From: Ramazzottius varieornatus
Taxonomy: Eukaryota; Animalia; Tardigrada
Direction of reading: 5' to 3'
DNA length: 64,000 bases
Assembly (NCBI GenBank): GCA_001949185.1
Contig: BDGG01000003.1
Span: 2,835,158-2,899,157 of the forward strand
The notes under the pieces are model-generated. The model searched no databases and was not told the DNA's origin. It saw only the letters and a program-made list of their open reading frames with translations. Below are positions 53,945 to 64,000 of this stretch, piece by piece. The position numbers were made by a program, and so were the translations under genes. The stretch's first letter is position 1. The number at the start of each line of letters is the position of its first letter.

Positions 53945-55421
53945 CTAATAGTTTTGGGCCTGGTTCGATTGATCAGCCCGGGCGCCACGAGCAGCCTGCA
54001 CACGGACGCGAGCTCCCGTGAGTGCGGCTTGCTGCTGTGTCTGGTCTCGCTCAGCAGGAGTATCGAGAAGGGGCCAGTCCGAATGATAAAGTCGGGCGTT
54101 GGAATAGTCGTAGAACTGGGCAGACCTAGGAACCAGGAAGTCATCTCATGCTGTTTAGGATGGAACCGGGTAACTTTACTTACAGCGCGCAGTCGACGTT
54201 GAAGAACCTGAAAATAGACAGAATAATGTCTTAAAATGCATACTCTGAATCGTTCTTGGGCTGACTCACCAGTCGCACACGAGTGTGATTTGGTTGTAGA
54301 CCTAAAAAACAGTAATCACGCCATGATGTCTCTAGGCTATTGCCTCACGGAATGGAAGTATCTCTCTGTTCCTCTCACGAAACACCTTCGCTTTTTCAGA
54401 CGTAGCTGAAGGGACTTACCGTCTGGTTGGGGCAGATATACGAGGTTTCGAGCCCGTTAATGTCGCAACGATGGAAGACTTGGCACCTGTAAGGTCGTTC
54501 CATTAATGACCAGTAATTGTTCGTGGACCTTTTGTTCCTGCAGGCTGCACTTACCGGGTCTCGGTATCGGCGTAATATCCACCCTACGGAACAGACAGCA
54601 ATGACGAGGTGAGGAAGTTTTGATAATGCCAAAGAGTGATTGGTCGCTTATGGCCAGTTATCCCAACCGCACGAACCTGTTTGACATTGGCGCAGTTGAA
54701 GCTGGTGTCGGGGAGGTCGGATAAGATCGGGTAGTCTTTTCCAGGTTGCGCAGTGGCAAGAATGAGTTGAATCTCGTCGGAGATCAAAGCTCCACGGCCT
54801 CGTAGCAGGTCCAAGGCGTCCCAAACTCCGGGGTTCTGCGGAGGAGGAACTCCACCGGGCGACACGATTTCAGGGTACACAACTCCGTGAGGATGGACCC
54901 AGCGAGCTAGTTCGCGCTCGGCGTCGGTCTGCGAGACAGTTCCGCCCTGTTGGTTTCCGGTAGCTGCTCCGCCATCGCCGAATCCACTGGCCGAAGCTCC
55001 ACCCGAAGAACCACCTTGGGAGTTGGCCTGTCCGTTGGAGGAAGCTGAACCGCCGACACGGATATTCTGGCCACTTCTCTGCTGGCTCGATGAGGCACGG
55101 CTTGAAGAGGATCCGCGACCGGTCTGAACGTTCACGGAAAGCTGACCCTGTAATGGAAAATAAAATTAAAAAGAGTTAAACAAACGTACAGAAATCTATG
55201 GGAAACACATCACAGAAATTAATGAAGCCAATAACGTCAAAATAGAAAATCCATAAGGGCTTGGTAAACCGAATCCTGAATTAGACAGAGGGAACTGAAA
55301 CGGCGGCTCGGTCAAAAAAGCAATTTTTAGTCCCGGCCGCTGGGGGGATTTAGATCGTTACCGTGTTTTGGGCCAGCGCCACCGCGACGAGGCACAGGGA
55401 CACAAGAACGCAGCGGAGCAT
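53945..55421 (-). CDS. Secreted CBM14 (chitin-binding type 2/peritrophin-A) protein with a Gly/Ser/Gln-rich N-terminus
   Basis: Signal peptide MLRCVLVSLCLVAVALAQ, then AQPGKDYPILSDLPDTSFNC..YYADTETGCQVFHRC..YICPNQTVYNQITLVCDWFFNVDC (6 Cys) and SAQFYDYSNARLY. Confidence 0.85.
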
Positions 55422-56307
55422 GGTACTTCCTGGTTTCTCAAATATTTTGAAATAATGTGGAGTTCTGAACGACTTGTGAAAAGTAATAATCCTTGGTAGA
55501 GTTACAACACAAGCAGTTATGGAATGGGCCGAAGGTTGAAGAACATGAAGTCAACGAGATAATTGGTGAACAAGAAAGTGAATAACAATAAGCAATATGC
55601 AAGCCTTGTTTTTCCTAATAACTACTTTGAGGCTTCATAAGGCGGTTTCTGGCACCAGTATAGCGATCAAGTTTCTGAGTGAATTTTTTTCCCCTTTGTT
55701 AAACTAGTTTTAGTCATGCCGGTAGCTCCTCGGTTGGTCTTACCTTGCGTGGCTTTCCGCTATTGGCACCTGTTGTTTCATAATATATCCTTGTTAATCA
55801 GTGACTTATACATATTCCTGGTACAGACGAAAAAGCTCCACTCGTACGGGGAAAAGAGGTTTTTCTTCAGTTGTCGCAGCAATACAATAGGCTGACACTT
55901 TTTTCAGTCGACCTTAAACTGGTTACATGCGTAGCTCTCAGTGCAGTACCACTTTACATTGGACGGGCTGGTGTTTGGCAACAGTTCTTTCGATATGGGC
56001 TTGTGCCGCTAATTATCTTCGATCTTGGTGCGCAAGACTAGCACGATCATGACAAGCTGCAGGTGGGGTCAAAGAATACGGCTAAATATTATTTACAGTT
56101 TTGTACATCTGCTCGACGGTTAGGCTAGAGAAAGCATTAGTAACCAAGAGCCGCAGGAAGATATTGACAGAAAAAGAGGAGTCTCAAGGAAGGACTGAGG
56201 ATTTACCGAAGAGTAGTAAGTACAGCTCTGCCGTCGAAATTTTTTGTTTTTCTTTAGTAAGTTAGGAATTACGTCGTTCCTGGAGGGGAACTGGATAAAT
56301 CTTAGCC

Positions 56308-57833
56308 TTATATTTCGAGGAGAGGGTCTCTGGTTGTAGCGGCGTTGGCAGCGCGATTTTGGCCGCTTTGCAGCTCTTCATCCGAAAGGAGGACCCAGTC
56401 GGCTCCATGGTACAACCGGCGATTGGAGTAATCGTAGAAGTTGCTGGACCTAAAACAGAAGGGCTCTCATGTTAAGTCCGTCGCTGCTTCATTATGAACT
56501 GTTCTTTTGAACTTACTGAGCGCAGTCGACGTTGAAGAACCAGTCACAGACAAGGGTAATTTGGTTGAAAACCTAATCTGAATTTGATTAGCCGATGATA
56601 CGAGTAACGCATGATTCGTTGATTTATTTTTACCGTCATATTGGGGCAAAGGTAGCTGGTCTCGATGGCGTTGATATCGCATCGGCGGATGACTTGGCAC
56701 CTGCGACATCAGTTTTTTAGTTGATGAGAAGGCCTTTTATGCCGGATGTCCGCAATGACGTCAGAAGGGCGTAACGTACCTGGCTTCCGTATCCGCGTAG
56801 AATCCGGGTTGGCCCACTTGCTCACAGCTGAAGCCTGTTGTGGGTATTGTGGAAAAGTTAGGGTAGTCCGAGCCAGCTTGAGCAGTAGAGATGAGATCGT
56901 AGGCTTGAACAGAGTCCAGCGGATCTTGAACATTTCTCCCCTTGTTGTACCCGCGGAGCTGGCCTAGAGCTTCCCATACGCTCGGAGCTTGGACGTTCAT
57001 TTCAGTAATGGGCGCCCATTGAGCGTTGGTCTGGATAGGTCCGAAGTTTCCAGGAACGACGTTGGGGTTGCTGGTCAGTCTTGAAGTAAACCGGTTGTTG
57101 TTGGCAGAAGCGGAAGCTACGTTATTCCTTCTCGGAGTTGTGCTGCTCTGACTTGACGGTGTAGCACCGGCTCCGTTGTTGTCCAGAGCGCGGCCTTGTG
57201 CACCAACTTGATTTGAACTTCCTTGTGTTTGTTGGTCGCCCTCGCGGTTTCTGGTCTGCGAGGAGGTGGCATTGTTCGATGTTTCGGTCGTGTCGGAGCT
57301 TGAACCGATGGATGATTCACCGCTGAACTGCGAGCCGGACTCTGTGGTGGTGCTATCGGTGGAGCTTTCTTCTCTGGAAGATGCAGTAGTCGAGGAGGAC
57401 GATTCTGTGGTAATTTCGGACTGACCAGGGCTTGTTGAATTGCTGCTGCCTTTTTGGTGGTCTGCCGAACCAGCGCTTGTACCGCTCAAAGCTCCTTGGT
57501 CGGAAGAGCCACTTGTTGCTGTTGTGCTGCTTTGATCTTGGGTTCTTGTAGGTGGCGCTGTCGATCCATTCTCTCTGGGTACGCTACTTGCGCTGCCGTT
57601 CAGGGCGGATCCCGAAGCACTTAGGGTGGTGTTCGCCGTTGTAGCCGATGGACCAGTCGTTGTGGATTCAGGTGAAGGAGAAGCCTACAGAAATTTTCTT
57701 TTTCACACTATAGAAACACAAAAGGTTGTCTACAGTAAACGAGTGATAGCTTTTTTTCGAAACTCACGTCTTGCGTGAAGGCCGGAGAGGCGGCAACAAC
57801 GCAAAAGAAGATCGTCACGACCATCCGATTCAT
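56308..57833 (-). CDS. Secreted CBM14 protein paralog with a mucin-like Ser/Thr-rich region
   Basis: Signal peptide MNRMVVTIFFCVVAASPAFTQ, a long S/T-rich stretch, then AQAGSDYPNFSTIPTTGFSC..FYADTEARCQVIRRC..YLCPNMTVFNQITLVCDWFFNVDC and SNFYDYSNRRLY. Confidence 0.85.
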
Positions 57834-58425
57834 CTTTGTATAAGCAGGCTTGGTCGATCCGCGTCGTATGGAAGAAACTGACCGGCAACGTAGGGGAAAA
57901 GAAAAGAATTCGCGCAATCAATGGAGGAGCTAACGATCAGTTTACGGTCGGTAAATGAAGTGTGTGATTGGAGCAATTAAATTTCATTTATATATGGAAA
58001 GCTTTCTTTCCTCTGAAGTGATCTGTTCTTTGTCAGAAGGGCCGATCTTGGCATCGATATCACAAGTTTGTTGTGGCACACGTAACGGTAACTTGACGCG
58101 TGAAAGAGCAAAAATCTGTCATAGATCTACGGAAGGGGATGTGATTTTCGTCAAGTTCCTTGGTATCATCGATAGAAAAATCTGTCATTTGATTACGAAA
58201 GAAGCGTAGACCTTACGTGTGGCGACCGGCGCGGCAGGAACCCGCATGCAAAACATGAGGAACCAAAGAATATGTGGCGGATTCCGTCATGCAGCCATCG
58301 CGGTAGCTGGCAGTGGCTTTGACTTTTTTGTAAGAGCAAATTATCAATTGTAATTCAGACGTACAGATGAAGTTGTTGCATAGGTGCGTAAACGGGCCGC
58401 GGTACCTCATCAATAGATCATCGTA

Positions 58426-58611
58426 TTTTTCTATCAAAATTCAGCGTCGAATAACTGATCCCGTAATTTGACCGCATCAATTGATCATGTTGTTTTCCTA
58501 TCAAAATTCAGCGCTGAATATAACTGATTCCGTAATTTGACCGCATCAATTGATCATGTTGTTTTCCTATCAAAATTCAGCGCTGAATATAACTGATCCC
58601 GTAATTTGACA
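58426..58611. repeat. Minisatellite, ~67-69 bp unit x ~2.7
   Basis: TTTTCCTATCAAAATTCAGCGCTGAATATAACTGATCCCGTAATTTGACCGCATCAATTGATCATGTTG recurs at about 58426, 58493 and 58562. Confidence 0.9.
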
Positions 58612-58789
58612 GATTAATCTCATGATACAGAGGACCATGGGTGTTAACACGATTTGATGAATTCCCGAATTTAGTATTGACAGTTAGTACAATCTTTGGT
58701 AACTGTAATTCAGATGTGCGCAGTTTCAAAGTACTTAGAATTTCAGACATTAAGCTGAACTGTATCAAAGGGAATGGGAGGGAAAGCTG

Positions 58790-58860
58790 GACAGGATCGT
58801 TTTATCCAAGTGGCGCACTCTTCCAGCCAATATAATTGAGGACATGCGCTTCTAGTCAAG
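58790..58860. repeat. Hairpin element copy (reverse orientation)
   Basis: GATCGTTTTATCCAAGTGGCGCAC-TCTTCCAGCCAATATAATTGAGGAC-ATGCGCTTCT. Confidence 0.65.
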
Positions 58861-61040
58861 TTTGTTCACCGATTTCGCTAATTAATGTTTTTATGGTTTC
58901 GTGATCGGGTGACGGTTGCGATTGGGGTTCGCTAAAGATGGTGTGGTTGCACGAACCTCTGCACATGAGGATAGTTATTAATGTCTGTGTACTTTGGGGC
59001 GGACACTGCTCAAGATCGTAACTCTTTCTGTAATTGCCAGTATCTTAATTATGTTAAACGTGTGATCAGAGGGAGGTAACGTTGAATCAACAGGTGTCAA
59101 GATCTCATGGTTCGACTGACTGGGCTGTCAGGTAAACTTCTTCTTGTTATTGACTGGCCGCCGGGGTTATGTAGTGATCTGCAAGTCCTTATTCGATTGC
59201 CAAGATCGAGTTGCCTTTCAAAAACTTATTCGTCGCATTATCGCGGCTTGTCGTTATGGTTCACTCGCTAGCGATCATGTTTTTTAATTTTAACACTGTT
59301 GGAGTTTCAGGGTGGCATGTCCGGCACATATATGTGACTTATATCAGGTGCCGTATGGTAACGCTCAAGTCTCTTCTGGAACTTGACCAAAGGCGTTTGG
59401 CGTTAATGTGAGGTTGACTAATACAGTAAAAAACCGAAAACCCCAATCGGAAACTAAGTGAAAATTTCCAGGCGACGCCAGGTGAAGCAACTCATCACAA
59501 GTGACATCTTTTGTTCTCCACGTTTCTGGCGACTATTCCTGGCTGATTGGTCAAACGATTCCGGACAGTCAATTACATGGTTGTCATTTACAGGCATGGT
59601 TCGGCGCAAAAGTAAACAGTCTTTTCACTTCACAGGCGGGTTCAGTGACTTCAGTCCGATGTTTGAAGGACTCGGAAAGATTCCGCCTTGCTACGTTCGT
59701 ACCAAGACACCGTAGCTTTTAGACCGCGATCTACCTGCAAAGACTCGCCAAACGACCAACCATGCGTTATACGATACGCAAACGATGGCAAGCCACCCGG
59801 ATACCCAGCCGATTCTCGTTCCCTGGCATGCAAAGTCACAGAACCCCTATCTTCTCGCGATACTCAACCAAGTAAAGCTTCCGACTTTAGGACCCCGCTT
59901 CCCTGAATGCCCGAGTTCGGGACTTCCGACTTCCTGCTTCCTGATTCCAAACCAATCAAGTAATTCCCAATCAAACCTGGAGCACAACACGCCAAGAATC
60001 CGTAAATTCATACTGCCTCCCATCTCCGTCGATCAGCCTGCAAGCTGCAGTCAAAGGAGTAAATCAGAACGTGAGCTAAGCAACAAGAATCCCATGAAAG
60101 AAGAGAGAGGGATGGGGGTATCGTGGCAGCCTGGAACCGGACCGGTGCATCTTTTGGTAATATTTTTCAGCTAAGTGAAGGAGCCTAGGTTTCCTGTCAC
60201 CTTTGTGATTGGCGAAATGCACTTCCTAGTTCACTTTCGATCTGGACCTTCTACGTTTACAGGCTCGTGAATATTTTTCAAGACCTCCTAAGGCCCATGA
60301 GTCCGTGCCTTGAGAGTCGTCATCAGCACTAACTTAGTTTCATGTTGAGCTTAATTGCCTGAACAGGTTCGGTCTACCGTAGACCATGTTATAGTCCGTA
60401 CATCGATTCACTGTATCGAGTTTCCTCTTCATATGCGTTGTAATTCATAAATTAAACATTGATATTTTGAACGATCGACTTTTGAGTGTACGAGCACTGG
60501 TCGTTTTCGACCATATGTTTACGGTTCGCGTACGTTAGCAAAACTAACGTCAAAGCCATTGTACACACGCTATCCTACCGCGGACCTTCAAGTTGTTTTT
60601 CAAATTTAGACTGTGGGGTTTACATAATGTACTACACATAACACTATACGCTTGGGTTCGTAGCTGCGACTCTTGGAAATCGTTTTATGGATATCTAAGG
60701 ACGTATACGGATATGAATGCGAAAGTACGTCAAATGTGGTAGATTCGGTGTGCGGACCTGTGAGTTGTTTGATCGCGTCGTTCCTTGTTTGTCTTGCTGT
60801 AAACACCTTGCAAACTTTTCACTTTTGATAACAAATTTTGTCACTTTGTTAGGGTACAGATATCACCCGAGCAAAGAGTCCAAGATTAAGGCAATCTTAT
60901 ATTGGCCATAGCGTGATAATTGGCTGTTTCCGTCAATATTAGACCTTCAATATCGGCTAAACCTCTGATGTCAGAATGAACGACGCTCAGTTTGTTACAA
61001 GCGGCGAAGGTTGCTCGTTCCACCACACCGTAATCCCACA

Positions 61041-62574
61041 ATGCTGCCAAAAACTGTCGCAAAGCCTACTCGGGTGGAAAAGTTCCGTCAGCGCTTCCTG
61101 GCTGATGTTCCGGAGAACGAAGAGCTGATTGAATGTAAGTGAAGTGCATTTGTATGTCACATTTGACTCGCACGTGCGTCACGTGTTGTATGTCCTCAAA
61201 ACTCTAGACCGGAAGTGCGACAACCTTTATTGTTTTTTATCACAACAGATTATTCATGTGCTCTGCACAAGGACTACTATCTGCAACATGGAGCTCTGTA
61301 CATCACCAAGAATTTTGTCTGTTTCCGTTCGACTATTTTCGGTCAAGAACGAAAGCTTATCATCCCTACGTGTGATATCCTCCACGTCTACAAGAACAAT
61401 ACTCTACGGCTGATACCGAGTGGCATAGTGGTAGACACGGGAGCTCACAAGGTACTTCCGGCTTTTTGAAATCGAAAACCGGTAAATACGCTGAGAATGA
61501 TCGTCATCTCAAGTGGCGCACGTTCGTGGCCAGGAACAACGAAAAGTGCGTCACTTGAGATGACGATTATTCCGAGATTGTTTGCCGGCCTCCCAAATTC
61601 TTCCTTGAATTCTTTTCGAAAATTCCTGGTGAATTCTCCGCGGTTGTAACGCCGGCCCGTAATCAGATTCGGTTTGGCTTGTAGTATCATTTCGCAGCAT
61701 TCGGCGGTGGCCATGGACGCCATTCGGCCTACATGATGCTGCACAACGTGGCAGTTAACCAAGTCCGTCCAGCAATCCTCCAGAATGGTTTCAAGGACGA
61801 GCAGAGATTCATCAAGTCCCAGTCTTCCTGCACACTGAGTTCACCCTACAAAGCCGAAACCATGGCCAAAAAGGAAGATTTTCTGGCGCCGCTGAGTGCC
61901 AGCGTGATGCATTCCTATGTGGACAATATTAGGCGGCAAAGTCGGTCACTTATGATTCCCCCGGCCATATGTATAACACCGCCGGAAACCCCGGCATCCT
62001 TCTCGTCACTGTCATCCGAATACTGCTGTGATGTACCGGACTGTGGTTCTGAGGACCAAACAGGCTATGAACCAAAGTTTTGCGGGGAACCCAGTTCTTT
62101 CCAGTCATCGGCGCCAAAGACCGAGGACAATTTTGCGATTAGCGTGCCCACCTGGGTTCCTGTCTTCTTGGGCTATCTGCTGTAATCAAACACACCCACA
62201 ATTGAAAAATTTACCAGAAGCATATGATCACCTAACGGTCTTGCTCCTCCGTACAGGTGTGCGGTCCTCGCCTGCACCGCTGTTTTCGGATTTTTCCGCG
62301 AGATGAAGCTGTTTGGCAATGGAGTACCTTCCACAACGTACATTCCTCCTCTGTGTTCCAGGCTGCCGTTGAAGGCCCCACTGTCCAACGAAACGGTGCA
62401 AATAATGCGGTCTCTGGAAGCTTTAGAGAACCTAGTGCAAAGGATATGCCACCAGGTAAGGGAGCTCGTCAGAATAACAGATTTTACTACTGGTATTAGC
62501 GCAGTCTGCGCTAGATTCATCCTTTGCTATTTGTGTAGGTTCACGATCTGAAGAACTCGCGGGCGGCATGTTGA
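61041..62574 (+). CDS. GRAM-domain membrane protein (GRAMD2-like); upstream exons possible
   Basis: EKFRQRFLADVPENEELIE|YYSCALHKDYYLQHGALYITKNFVCFRSTIFG..LRLIPSGI..K|YHFAAF, followed by a C-terminal hydrophobic segment and a short coiled coil. Confidence 0.8.
61495..61572. repeat. Best-preserved hairpin element copy, in an intron of the GRAM gene
   Basis: GAATGATCGTCATCTCAAGTGGCGCAC ... GTGCGTCACTTGAGATGACGATTATTC: 27-bp arms with 2 mismatches. Confidence 0.8.
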
Positions 62575-62738
62575 TAAGATCATGACTTCTTGACATCGGT
62601 GCACAATGTTTGACACGGAAAGCGCAAAGCATCTGACTACTGACTAGAAAAAGATTGACAAAATTTGACAAAAATTGAATTACGGTAATCTTCGAGTGAA
62701 AAGTTCAAACGAATACATTCTGGTCAGACAGCACCACT

Positions 62739-63588
62739 TCACGATGCTGTCGTTAGGAGGCCAATCACAAACGATTCTATTTTACTCCTGGCTTCCTCTT
62801 TGTGCACCGTCACGCCATGGTTGTCGTTCTCGAACAGAACTAGTTGTTTGGGTTGCCCAGCAAGACTGTACAGCTGCTCACTACACCGAGGTGGAAGACA
62901 CGCATCCGCTTTCCCGTGAATGAATAAGCAAGCCTTCCCTAAACAAGAAGACCGGAACAGTACAAGAACAAGAAGACAGTACAGTATAAGAACTGCTGAA
63001 GAACTTACTGTGGTCCCTCAAGTCTTATATAATTGTAAATCTCACCTTGACCAGCAAGCTTCCCAACGTCATTGGTCCCTGCCGTCTGTGAAGCTATCGT
63101 CGCGATCCCTTTGACAACGGGGTGTGCGGCTGCTGCACTGATCACCACAGCTCCGCCAAACGACCATCCCACGAGGACGGCTCGCTCAACGTTATACTCT
63201 TTCCTCAGCATGTTCAAGGTGTTAATGGTATCTTCCACACAGGGTTTGAGTTCTCCAGGGTATCTATAACCCGTCTGGACTGCAATTAAGTTTGGATAGG
63301 CGGATATGGCTTCGCTGAGCTCTGGATACATCCCAGCTATAAAAAAGAGACACCGTAGTATGATATATAAATATTGTGGCGAGTTACTTCCGGTGAGAAA
63401 ATGCCGACTCTCAAGCAGAGGTATCAACATTGTGGAGTTGATATACCTGGGCCGGTGAATCCTCCTCCTGCTCCTGCAACCATAAGGATAGCTCCTCTTG
63501 GGTACGTCGGAGCTGGTGCGTCTGGATTCTTCAGGTTCACAGGTAGCCGTATCCGCATCTGAGGCATTTCACTGCCATGGTTTGCCAT
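62739..63588 (-). CDS. Small alpha/beta-hydrolase (serine hydrolase), 3 exons
   Basis: Oxyanion region VAGAGGGFTGP; nucleophile GWSFGG; Asp in FIHGKAD; His in ENDNHG. Introns at about 63446-63339 and 63045-62938. Confidence 0.85.
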
Positions 63589-64000
63589 TTTGCTCTGTCC
63601 AAACAGTTGACCAGGGATGCTCCAAAGACACCGATACGAGCGATAGCTGAGATGCGCCGTCCCTCCGATCGTTCTACCTCACTTCTGAAAGAAAACAACC
63701 GTTCAAGTCGACTGCCAAGCTAACCGAAACCGATGATGATCGTTTGTATCAGGCCGGTAACGCGACAACTACGGGGAAAAATAGCGAGAGTAATTAAAAC
63801 GACAACAAAGCGATAACGTATGCGAAATTGCGACGTTTATTCGCCCGAATAAATCTACCCGTGCCCTGGAGCAAAGGGGAGCTTTTCGAGGGAGACGACT
63901 GCCGACTGTTTCGCCAGAGTAATACTCTGGTTTCGCTTTCTGGCAGTTGATCGAGAACTGCGTTAATTTTGACTAGTCCGATTCTGAAGCTTTCTCAACA

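Noticed and set aside
58426-58611. CRISPR-like array
   Set aside because: The units are contiguous near-identical repeats with no unique spacers, there are no cas genes, and the context is eukaryotic.
59785-60174. 129-aa Pro/Ser-rich ORF as the first exon of the GRAM gene
   Set aside because: Possible, but I could not join it in phase to the GRAM exons, so it is left out of the model.

Overview
This is a gene-dense eukaryotic (animal) window with many short GT-AG introns. The compact layout is consistent with a small invertebrate genome such as a tardigrade, but that is inference only. In order, it contains: the 5' part of a UBTD1/2-like gene; an ABCC10/MRP7-like transporter; a tandem cluster of three membrane guanylyl cyclases with a NIT (nitrate/nitrite-sensing) domain between two TM helices and no kinase-homology domain (one catalytically canonical, one missing the beta/C2-side catalytic residues, one pseudogene); two WAP-domain genes (one a pseudogene); a SMYD methyltransferase; a TASK-type K2P channel; a gene with four BEN-like repeats plus its decayed tandem copy; a decayed PIF/Harbinger transposon containing 11 copies of a 12-bp palindrome; an orphan class-A GPCR; TMEM245; HAAO; two CBM14 chitin-binding genes; a GRAM-domain gene; and a microbial-type alpha/beta hydrolase. 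A short hairpin element occurs about 10 times, and all six intronic copies share one orientation relative to the host transcript. The best candidate for an undescribed system is the NIT-GC pair, which may form an asymmetric (sGC alpha/beta-like) heterodimeric nitrate/nitrite/NO receptor cyclase. Exon boundaries were read by eye and are approximate.
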